64,000 nucleotides of DNA. Origin: Balanoglossus misakiensis. Lineage: Eukaryota > Animalia > Hemichordata. A program made the position numbers and the translations under genes. The number at the start of each line of letters is the position of its first letter. Position 1 is the stretch's first letter. A model generated the notes under the pieces. The model had not been told where the DNA came from. It made no database searches and saw nothing but the letters and a program-made list of their open reading frames with translations. Where the stretch lies: positions 10,028,844 to 10,092,843 of the forward strand of contig CM082588.2 in the NCBI GenBank assembly GCA_040954595.2, given 5' to 3'. Below are positions 11,287 through 23,469 of this stretch, one piece after another.

Positions 11287-11837
11287 GTAAGTGGCTTTAC
11301 ATGCCCACTCACCAATAGCCCAAACGGCCAAAAAGGTGACACTGTACTTATATTTTGTAGTGTTGACGACATTCGGGATGCCAATCACGAAACTAGTGTT
11401 CCTGCAATAAACCGACACACATAATAGGATTTGAAGAGTATGAAAGAGTTTGAGGGAGAGTTTTTGGACCGTGGCTATACCTGCGGCCAAGTTAAATTAA
11501 TTATCTCTTTTGAGACCAACCAATTCACTTTTGAATATCATACCACTTTAAAGCAATATTTTATTAAAACGTCCAGCATTTCGAGAATTTGGGATCAGGT
11601 TGTTCATATCTAAAGTCGTAATTAGATATTTCGATAAATTATCTACCAATAGTTAACTTTTTGACCGGAAAGTTAGGGACCTAACCATGAACTATTGCTA
11701 CATGCACGATGACACATTTATTTTATATTTAAACAAACTGTAGTGTAATAGCTGTCAGTAACAACGACGAAGCGAAATAAAGCTCCGAAAATAAATAATT
11801 GTAAATTGTAGGGGTGCCATGTATCCTGCGCAACAGG

Positions 11838-11970
11838 CCCGGGGGGGGGGGGTACTCCCATAGGAAGGTGTACGGGTACGTGCCACCCAGAAGGGTCCCT
11901 TTTCAACGAAAAAAAAACAAACTTGGGATGACTTTTCAACCGAAAATCTACAAAGTGGGATTCTTTCATA
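11838..11970 (+). mobile_element. Probable left end of a CCC(G)nTACTC-type non-autonomous DNA element; mate end not in window
   Basis: CCC-G12-TACTCCCATAGGAAGGTGTACGGGTACGTGCCACCC resembles, from memory, a terminus type common in marine invertebrate MITEs. No reverse-complement end was found. The right boundary given is arbitrary. Confidence 0.5.
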
Positions 11971-14900
11971 AACCGTCATCATGTAGTTACCGTTATGAAA
12001 CTGACTCTAAAGAAACGTCATTCTCACTGGACAGACCTCGCTATCCGTCGACGTCGAGGCCAGGCACACGAAGGGCGCCACAAGCGGTGACGTTGTCTCC
12101 GATGCTCGATTCTTGTGGCTTCACCGCTCGTGGCGCACTTCGTGTGGCTATTTCGTCGAATGACAGAAAGAGAGGTCTGGCTGGCGAGACTACAAAAAAG
12201 TTGTCTGGCTGAAGTCCACCATAATCATTTGAATGTCAATAGTGGTTCTGCATATTTCTTACCTTTCATTCATAATTGGCGTTCTTTGATTGGCTAATTC
12301 CAATGCTCTTTTAAGGGGTAATGAAACTGCTGTCTAGGCTTTTATAACATTTAGATCATTGTCAGTTAGAGGTATTGTACGGAGGATATTTTCAAATGAA
12401 AGCAACAGACGCGCGTATCCTAAATCTCAAGTAAAAGATTCCATGTGATGTTAATGTACCCTCAAAGGACACTGCCCTATCACCACATCATGCATTCATG
12501 TCCATGTCGTGGGGGACTGGGATGTGTCCTACTTTTAATTTATCCCCCCCCCAAAAAAAATAAAAAACCTTTCGGCAAATCATGTTGTGCCATCTCACAA
12601 ATGAATGTTTCAGAATGTGTGTTACAGTGCATGCTTAATGAAACATTGCGTGTTCCATTTTACGCTTATAGTCAGGAATTTTCAGTGACACCTTTGACAG
12701 GCTTTGTTTGGAAGCAACCATGGACATTTTAGAACTATTCGTCGATCTACGGAGTCTAGTGGAAAACTTTCTTATGCGCATAGGCATATGTATGTGTTCT
12801 ACGCATCACAACAGAATTCGGTAAATAAACGAGGCTGTTTGGAAACAACCATGGAAATTTTTGAACTATCCGTTGATCTAAAGTTGAAAAGTTTTTTATG
12901 CGCATAGGCCTATCTATGTGTTCTGCGCCTCACAACAGAAATCGGTAAATAAACGAGGCTGTTTTGAAGCAACCATGGAAATTTTACAACTATCTCTCGA
13001 TCTACAGAGTCTATAGTGGAAAACTTTCTTATTCACATATGCCTATCTATGTGTTCTGCGCCTCAAAACAGAATTCCGCAAATAAACGAGGCTGTTTGGA
13101 AGCAAACATGGAAGTTTTAGAACTATCTCTCGATCTACAGTGTATAGTGGAAAACGTTCATATGCGCATAGGCCTATCTATGTGTTCTGCGCATCACAAC
13201 AGAATTTTGTAAATAATCGAGGATGTGTTTGGAAGCAATCATGGAAATTTTAGAACTATCCGTCGATCTACAGAGTCTAGTGGAAATTTTCTTATGCGCA
13301 TAGGCATATGTATGTGTTCAGCGCATAACAACAGAATTTTGTAAATGAACGAGGCTGTGTTTGGAAACAACCATGGAAATTTTACAACTATCCGTCGATC
13401 TACGGAGTCTGGTGGAAAACTTTCTTATGCGCATAGGCCTATTACGTGCTCTGCGCCTCACAACAGAATTCGGTAAATAAACGAGGCTGTTTGGAAGCAA
13501 CCATGGAAATTTTAGAACTATCCGTCGATCTACAGAGTCTAGTGGAAAAATGTCTTATGCGCATAGGCCTATCATGTGTTCTGCGCCTCACAACAGAAAT
13601 CGGTAAATAAAAGAGGCTGTTTGGAAGCAACCATGGAAATTGTACAACTATCCGTCGATCTACAGAGTCTAGTGGAAAACTTCCTTATGCGCATAGACCT
13701 ATTACGTGTTCTGCGCCTCACAACAGAATTCGGTAAATAAACGATGCTGTTTGGAAGCAACCATGGAAATTTTACAACTATCCGTCGATCTACAGAGTCT
13801 GGTGGAAAAATTTCTTATGCGCATAGTCCTATCATGTGTTCTGCGCATCACAACAGAATTCGGTAAATAAACGAGGCTGTTTGGAAGCAACCATTGAAAT
13901 TTTAGAACTATCCGTCGATCTACAGAGTCTAGTGGAAAACGTTCTTATGCGCATAGGCCTATCTATGTGTTATGCGCATCCGGCAGAAATCGGTAAATAA
14001 ACGAGGCTGTGTTTGGAAGCAACCATGGACATTTTAGAACTATCTCTCGATCTACAGAGTCTATAGTGGAAAACTTTCTTATGCACATATGCCTATCTAT
14101 GTGTTCTGCGCCTCACAACAGAAATCGGTAAATAAACGAGGCTGTTTAAAAGCAACCATGGAAATTTTACAGCTATCCGTCGATCTACAGAGTCTAGTGG
14201 AAACGTTCTTATGCGCATAGGCCTATATATGTGTTCTGCGCATCACAACAGAATTTTGTAAACAAACGAGGCTGTTTTTGGAAGCAACCATGGACATTTT
14301 AGAACTATCTCTCGATCTACAGAGTCTATAGTGGAAAACTTTCTTATGCACACATGCCTATCTATGTGTTCTGCGCCTCACAACAGAATTCGGTAAATAA
14401 ACGAGGCTGTTTGAAAGCAACCATGGAAATTTTACAACTATCCGTCGATCTACAGAGTCTAGTGGAAAACGTTATTATGCGCATAGGCCTATATATGTGT
14501 TCTGCGCATCACAACAGAATTGTGTAAACAAACGAGGCTGTGTTTGGAAGCAACCATGGAAATTTTAGAACTATCTCTCGATCTACAGAGTCTAGTGGAA
14601 AACTTTATTATGCACATATGCCTATCTATGTGTTCTGCGCATCACAACAGAAATCGGTAAATAAACGAGGCTGTTTGGAAGCAACCATGGAAATTTTACA
14701 ACTATCCGTCGATCTACAGAGTCTAGTGGAAAAATGTCTTATGCGCATAGGCCTATCATGTGTTCTGCGCCTCACAACAGAAATCGGTAAATAAACGAGG
14801 CTGTTTGGAAGTAACCATGGAAATTGTACAACTATCCGTCGATCTACAGAGTCTAGTGGAAAACGTTCTTATGCGCATAGGCCTATCTATGTGTTATGCG

Positions 14901-17900
14901 CATCACAACAGAAATCGGTAAATAAACGAGGCTGTATTTGGAAGCAACCATGAAATTTTACAACTATCCGTCGATCTACAGAGTCTAGTGGAAAAATGTC
15001 TCATGCGCATAGGCCTATCATGTGTTCTGCGCCTCACAACAGAAATCGGTAAATAAACGAGGCTGTTTGGAAGCAACCATAGAAATTTTACAGCTATCCG
15101 TCGATCTACAGAGTCTAGTGGAAACGTTCTTATGCGCATAGGCCTATATATGTGTTCTGCGCATCACAACAGAATGTTGTAAACAAACGAGGCTGTGTTT
15201 GGTAGCAACCATGGACATTTTAGAACTATCTCTCGATCTACAGAGTCTATAGTGGAAAACTTTCTTATGCACATAGGCCTATCTATGTGTTCTGTGCCTC
15301 ACAACAGAATTCGGTAAATAAACGAGGCTGTTTGGAAGCAACCATGGAAATTTTAGAACTATCCGTCGATCTACAGAGTCTAGTGGAAAACGTTCTTATG
15401 CGCATAGGCCTATATATGTGTTCTGCGCATCACAACAGAATTTTGTAAACAAACGAGGCTGTGTTTGAAAGCAACCATGGAAATTTTAGAACTATCTCTC
15501 GATGTACAGAGTCTATAGTGGAAAACTTTCTTATGCACATATGCCTATCTATGTGTTCTGCGCCTCAAAACAGAATTCCGTAAATAAACGAGGCTGTTTG
15601 GAAGCAAACATGGAAATTTTAGAACTAACTCTCGATCTACAGAGTATAGTGGAAAACGTTCATATGCGCATAGGCCTATCTATGTGTTCTGCGCATCACA
15701 ACAGAATTTTGTAAACAAACCAGGCTTTGTTTGGAAGCAACCATGGACATTTTAGAACTATTCGTCGATCTACGGAGTCTAGTGGAAAACTTTCTTATGC
15801 GCATAGGCATATGTATGTGTTCTACGCATCACAACAGAATTCGGTAAATAAACGAGGCTGTTTGGAAACAACCATGGAAATTTTTGAACTATCCGTTGAT
15901 CTAAAGTTGAAAAGTTTTTTATGCGCATAGGCCTATCTATGTGTTCTGCGCCTCACAACAGAAATCGGTAAATAAACGAGGCTGTTTGGAAGCAACCATG
16001 GAAATTTTACAACTATCTCTCGATCTACAGAGTCTATAGTGGAAAACTTTCTTATTCACATATGCCTATCTATGTGTTCTGCGCCTCAAAACAGAATTCC
16101 GCAAATAAACGAGGCTGTTTGGAAGCAAACATGGAAGTTTTAGAACTATCTCTCGATCTACAGTGTATAGTGGAAAACGTTCATATGCGCATAGGCCTAT
16201 CTATGTGTTCTGCGCATCACAACAGAATTTTGTAATCAATCGAGGATGTGTTTGGAAGCAATCATGGAAATTTTAGAACTATCCGTCGATCTACAGAGTC
16301 TAGTGGGAAACTTTCTTATGCGCATAGGCATATGTATGTGTTCAGCGCATCACAACAAAATTTTGTAAATGAACGAGGCTGTGTTTGGAAACAACCATGG
16401 AAATTTTAGAACTATCTCTCGATCTAAAGTTGAAAAGTTTCTTATGCGCATAGGCCTATTACGTGTTCTGCGCCTCACAACAGAATTCGGTAAATAAACG
16501 AGGCTGTTTGGAAGCAACAATGGAAATTTTAGAACTATCCGTCGATCTACGGAGTATAGTGGAAAACGTTCATATGCGCATAGGCCTATATATGTGTTCT
16601 GCGCATCACAACAGAATTTTGTAAACAATCGAGGATGTGTTTGGAAGCAATCATGGAAATTTTAGAACTATCCGTCGATCTACAGAGTCTAGTGGGAAAC
16701 TTTCTTATGCGCATAGGCATATGTATGTGTTCAGCGCATAACAACAGAATTTTGTAAATGAACGAGGCTGTGTTTGGAAACAACCATGGAAATTTTACAA
16801 CTATCCGTCGATCTACGGAGTCTGGTGGAAAACTTTCTTATGCGCATAGGCCTATTACGTGCTCTGCGCCTCACAACAGAATTCGGTAAATAAACGAGGC
16901 TGTTTGGAAGCAACCATGGAAATTTTAGAACTATCCGTCGATCTACAGAGTCTAGTGGAAAAATGTCTTATGCGCATAGGCCTATCATGTGTTCTGCGCC
17001 TCACAACAGAAATCGGTAAATAAAAGAGGCTGTTTGGAAGCAACCATGGAAATTGTACAACTATCCGTCGATCTACAGAGTCTAGTGGAAAACTTCCTTA
17101 TGCGCATAGACCTATTACGTGTTCTGCGCCTCACAACAGAATTCGGTAAATAAACGATGCTGTTTGGAAGCAACCATGGAAATTTTACAACTATCCGTCG
17201 ATCTACAGAGTCTGGTGGAAAAATTTCTTATGCGCATAGTCCTATCATGTGTTCTGCGCATCACAACAGAATTCGGTAAATAAACGAGGCTGTTTGGAAG
17301 CAACCATTGAAATTTTAGAACTATCCGTCGATCTACAGAGTCTAGTGGAAAACGTTCTTATGCGCATAGGCCTATCTATGTGTTATGCGCATCACAACAG
17401 AAATCGGTAAATAAACGAGGCTGTGTTTGGAAGCAACCATGGACATTTTAGAACTATCTCTCGATCTACAGAGTCTATAGTGGAAAACTTTCTTATGCAC
17501 ATATGCCTATCTATGTGTTCTGCGCCTCACAACAGAAATCGGTAAATAAACGAGGCTGTTTAAAAGCAACCATGGAAATTTTACAGCTATCCGTCGATCT
17601 ACAGAGTCTAGTGGAAACGTTCTTATGCGCATAGGCCTATATATGTGTTCTGCGCATCACAACAGAATTTTGTAAACAAACGAGGCTGTGTTTGGAAGCA
17701 ACCATGGACATTTTAGAACTATCTCTCGATCTACAGAGTCTATAGTGGAAAACTTTCTTATGCACATATGCCTATCTATGTGTTCTGCGCCTCACAACAG
17801 AATTCGGTAAATAAACGAGGCTGTTTGAAAGCAACCATGGAAATTTTACAACTATCCGTTGATCTACAGAGTCTAGTGGAAAACGTTATTATGCGCATAG

Positions 17901-20900
17901 GCCTATATATGTGTTCTGCGCATCACAACAGAATTGTGTAAACAAACGAGGCTGTGTTTGGAAGCAACCATGGAAATTTTAGAACTATCTCTCGATCTAC
18001 AGAGTCTAGTGGAAAACTTTATTATGCACATATGCCTATCTATGTGTTCTGCGCATCACAACAGAAATCGGTAAATAAACGAGGCTGTTTGGAAGCAACC
18101 ATGGAAATTTTACAACTATCCGTCGATCTACAGAGTCTGGTGGAAAACTTTCTTATGCGCATAGGCCTATTACGTGCTCTGCGCCTCACAACAGAATTCG
18201 GTAAATAAACGAGGCTGTTTGGAAGCAACCATGGAAATTTTAGAACTATCCGTCGATCTACAGAGTCTAGTGGAAAAATGTCTTATGCGCATAGGCCTAT
18301 CATGTGTTCTGCGCCTCACAACAGAAATCGGTAAATAAACGAGGCTGTTTGGAAGTAACCATGGAAATTGTACAACTATCCGTCGATCTACAGAGTCTAG
18401 TGGAAAACGTTCTTATGCGCATAGGCCTATCTATGTGTTATGCGCATCACAACAGAAATCGGTAAATAAACGAGGCTGTATTTGGAAGCAACCATGAAAT
18501 TTTACAACTATCCGTCGATCTACAGAGTCTAGTGGAAAAATGTCTCATGCGCATAGGCCTATCATGTGTTCTGCGCCTCACAACAGAAATCGGTAAATAA
18601 ACGAGGCTGTTTGGAAGCAACCATAGAAATTTTACAGCTATCCGTCGATCTACAGAGTCTAGTGGAAACGTTCTTATGCGCATAGGCCTATATATGTGTT
18701 CTGCGCATCACAACAGAATGTTGTAAACAAACGAGGCTGTGTTTGGTAGCAACCATGGACATTTTAGAACTATCTCTCGATCTACAGAGTCTATAGTGGA
18801 AAACTTTCTTATGCACATATGCCTATCTATGTGTTCTGCGCCTCACAACAGAATTCGGTAAATAAACGAGGCTGTTTGGAAGCAACCATGGAAATTTTAC
18901 AACTATCCGTCGATCTACAGAGTCTAGTGGAAAACGTTATTATGCGCATAGGCCTATATATGTGTTCTGCGCATCACAACAGAATTTTGTAAACAAACGA
19001 GGCTGTGTTTGGAAGCAACCATGGACATTTTAGAACTATCTCTCGATCTACAGAGTCTATAGTTGGAAACTTTCTTATGCACATAGGCCTATCTATGTGT
19101 TCTGTGCCTCACAACAGAATTCGGTAAATAAACGAGGCTGTTTGGAAGCAACCATGGAAATTTTAGAACTATCCGTCGATCTACAGAGTCTAGTGGAAAA
19201 CGTTCTTATGCGCATAGGCCTATATATGTGTTCTGCGCATCACAACAGAATTTTGTAAACAAACGAGGCTGTGTTTGAAAGCAACCATGGAAATTTTAGA
19301 ACTATCTCTCGATGTACAGAGTCTATAGTGGAAAGCTTTCTTATGCACATATGCCTATCTATGTGTTCTGCGCCTCAAAACAGAATTCCGTAAATAAACG
19401 AGGCTGTTTGGAAGCAAACATGGAAATTTTAGAACTAACTCTCGATCTACAGAGTATAGTGGAAAACGTTCATATGCGCATAGGCCTATCTATGTGTTCT
19501 GCGCATCACAACAGAATTTTGTAAACAAACCAGGCTTTGTTTGGAAGCAACCATGGACATTTTAGAACTATTCGTCGATCTACGGAGTCTAGTGGAAAAC
19601 TTTCTTATGCGCATAGGCATATGTATGTGTTCTACGCATCACAACAGAATTCGGTAAATAAACGAGGCTGTTTGGAAACAACCATGGAAATTTTTGAACT
19701 ATCCGTTGATCTAAAGTTGAAAAGTTTTTTATGCGCATAGGCCTATCTATGTGTTCTGCGCCTCACAACAGAAATCGGTAAATAAACGAGGCTGTTTGGA
19801 AGCAACCATGGAAATTTTACAACTATCTCTCGATCTACAGAGTCTATAGTGGAAAACTTTCTTATTCACATATGCCTATCTATGTGTTCTGCGCCTCAAA
19901 ACAGAATTCCGCAAATAAACGAGGCTGTTTGGAAGCAAACATGGAAGTTTTAGAACTATCTCTCGATCTACAGTGTATAGTGGAAAACGTTCATATGCGC
20001 ATAGGCCTATCTATGTGTTCTGCGCATCACAACAGAATTTTGTAATCAATCGAGGATGTGTTTGGAAGCAATCATGGAAATTTTAGAACTATCCGTCGAT
20101 CTACAGAGTCTAGTGGGAAACTTTCTTATGCGCATAGGCATATGAATGTGTTCAGCGCATCACAACAGAATTTTGTAAATGAACGAGGCTGTGTTTGGAA
20201 ACAACCATGGAAATTTTAGAACTATCTCTCGATCTAAAGTTGAAAAGTTTCTTATGCGCATAGGCCTATTACGTGTTCTGCGCCTCACAACAGAATTCGG
20301 TAAATAAACGAGGCTGTTTGGAAGCAACAATGGAAATTTTAGAACTATCCGTCGATCTACGGAGTATAGTGGAAAACGTTCATATGCGCATAGGCCTATA
20401 TATGTGTTCTGCGCATCACAACAGAATTTTGTAAACAATCGAGGATGTGTTTGGAAGCAATCATGGAAATTTTAGAACTATCCGTCGATCTACAGAGTCT
20501 AGTGGGAAACTTTCTTATGCGCATAGGCATATGTATGTGTTCAGCGCATCACAACAGAATTTTGTAAATGAACGAGGCTGTGTTTGGAAACAACCATGGA
20601 AATTTTACAACTATCCGTCGATCTACGGAGTCTGGTGGAAAACTTTCTTATGCGCATAGGCCTATTACGTGCTCTGCGCCTCACAACAGAATTCGGTAAA
20701 TAAACGAGGCTGTTTGGAAGCAACCATGGACATTTTAGAACTATCCGTCGATCTACAGAGTCTAGTGGAAAAATGTCTTATGCGCATAGGCCTGTCATGT
20801 GTTCTGCGCCTCACAACAGAAATCGGTAAATAAACGAGGCTGTTTGGAAGCAACCATGGAAATTGTACAACTATCCGTCGATCTACAGAGTCTAGTGGAA

Positions 20901-23469
20901 AACGTTCTTATGCGCATAGGCCTATCTATGTGTTATGCGCATCACAACAGAAATCGGTAAATAAACGAGGCTGTATTTTGAAGCAACCATGAAATTTAAC
21001 AACTATCCGTCGATCTACAGAGTCTGGTGGAAAACTTCCTTATGCGCATAGACCTATTACGTGTTCTGCGCCTCACAACAGAATTCCGTAAATAAACGAT
21101 GCTGTTTGGAAGCAACCATGGAAATTGTACAACTATCCGTCGATCTACAGAGTCTAGTGGAAAACGTTCTTATGCGCATAGGCCTATCTATGTGTTATGC
21201 GCATCTCAACAGAAATCGGTAAATAAACGAGGCTGTGTTTGGAAGCAACCATGGACATTTTAGAACTATCTACAGAGTCTATAGTGGAAAACTTTCTTAT
21301 GCACATATGCCTATCTATGTGTTCTGCGCCTCACAACAGAAATCGGTAAATAAACGAGGCTGTTTAAAAGCAACCATGGAAATTTTACAGCTATCCGTCG
21401 ATCTACAGAGTCTAGTGGAAACGTTCTTATGCGCATAGGCCTATATATGTGTTCTGCGCATCACAACAGAATTTTGTAAACAAACGAGGCTGTGTTTGGA
21501 AGCAACCATGGACATTTTAGAACTATCTCTCGATCTACAGAGTCTATAGTGGAAAACTTTCTTATGCACATATGCCTATCTATGTGTTCTGCGCCTCACA
21601 ACAGAATTCGGTAAATAAACGAGGCTGTTTGGAAGCAACCATGGAAATTTTACAACTATCCGTCGATCTACAGAGTCTAGTGGAAAACGTTATTATGCGC
21701 ATAGGCCTATATATGTGTTCTGCGCATCACAACAGAATTTTGTAAACAAACGAGGCTGTGTTTGGAAGCAACCATGGAAATTTTAGAACTATCTCTCGAT
21801 CTACAGAGTCTAGTGGAAAACTTTATTATGCACATATGCCTATCTATGTGTTCTGCGCATCACAACAGAAATCGGTAAATAAACGAGGCTGTTTGGAAGC
21901 AACCATGGAAATTTTACAACTATCCGTCGATCTACAGAGTCTGGTGGAAAACTTTCTTATGCGCATAGGCATATGTATGTGTTCTACGCATCACAACAGA
22001 ATTCGGTAAATAAACGAGGCTGTTTGGAAACAACCATGGAAATTTTTGAACTATCCGTTGATCTAAAGTTGAAAAGTTTTTTATGCGCATAGGCCTATCT
22101 ATGTGTTCTGCGCCTCACAACAGAAATCGGTAAATAAACGAGGCTGTTTGGAAGCAACCATGGAAATTTTACAACTATCTCTCGATCTACAGAGTCTATA
22201 GTGGAAAACATTCTTATTCACATATGCCTATCTATGTGTTCTGCGCCTCAAAACAGAATTCCGCAAATAAACGAGGCTGTTTGGAAGCAAACATGGAAGT
22301 TTTAGAACTATCTCTCGATCTACAGTGTATAGTGAAAAACGTTCATATGCGCATAGGCCTATCTATGTGTTCTGCGCATCACAACAGAATTTTGTAAACA
22401 ATCGAGGATGTGTTTGGAAGCAATCATGGAAATTTTAGAACTATCCGTCGATCTACAGAGTCTAGTGGAAACTTTCTTATGCGCATAGGCATATGTATGT
22501 GTTCAGCGCATCACAACAGAATTTTGTAAATGAACGAGGCTGTGTTTGGAAACAACCATGGAAATTTTACAACTATCCGTCGATCTACGGAGTCTGGTGG
22601 AAAACTTTCTTATGCGCATAGGCCTATTACGTGCTCTGCGCCTCACAACAGAATTCGGTAAATAAACGAGGCTGTTTGGAAGCAACCATGGAAATTTTAG
22701 AACTATCCGTCGATCTACAGAGTCTAGTGGAAAAATGTCTTATGCGCATAGGCCTATCATGTGTTCTGCGCCTCACAACAGAAATCGGTAAATAAACGAG
22801 GCTGTTTGGAAGCAACCATGGAAATTGTACAACTATCCGTCGATGTACAGAGTCTAGTGGAAAACGTTCTTATGCGCATAGGCCTATCTATGTGTTATGC
22901 GCATCACAACAGAAATCGGTAAATAAACGAGGCTGTATTTGGAAGCAACCATGAAATTTTACAACTATCCGTCGATCTACAGAGTCTGGTGGAAAACTTC
23001 CTTATGCGCATAGACCTATTACGTGTTCTGCGCCTCACAACAGAATTCGGTAAATAAACGATGCTGTTTGGAAGCAACCATGGAAATTGTACAACTATCC
23101 GTCGATCTACAGAGTCTAGTGGAAAACGTTCTTATGCGCATAGGCCTATCTATGTGTTATGCGCATCACAACAGAAATCGGTAAATAAACGAGGCTGTGT
23201 TTGGAAGCAACCATGGACATTTTAGAACTATCTCTCGATCTACAGAGTCTGTAGTGGAAAACTTTCTTATGCACATATGCCTATCTATGTGTTCTGCGCC
23301 TCACAACAGAATTCGGTAAATAAACGAGGCTGTTTGGAAGCAACCATGGAAATTTTACAGCTATCCGTCGATCTACAGAGTCTAGTGGAAACGTTCTTAT
23401 GCGCATAGGCCTATATATGTGTTCTGCGCATCACAACAGAATTTTGTAAACAAACGAGGCTGTGTTTGG

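Noticed and set aside
11203-11424. Single-exon 73-aa ankyrin ORF as given in the track
   Set aside because: It starts at a TTG inside exon 3, and ankyrin similarity ends exactly at the GTAAGT donor (11,287). The remainder is intron read-through.
11814-12212. 132-aa ORF, the longest in the window
   Set aside because: It runs through G12 and A-run tracts of a probable transposon end. It has no recognisable domain and no convincing splice sites.
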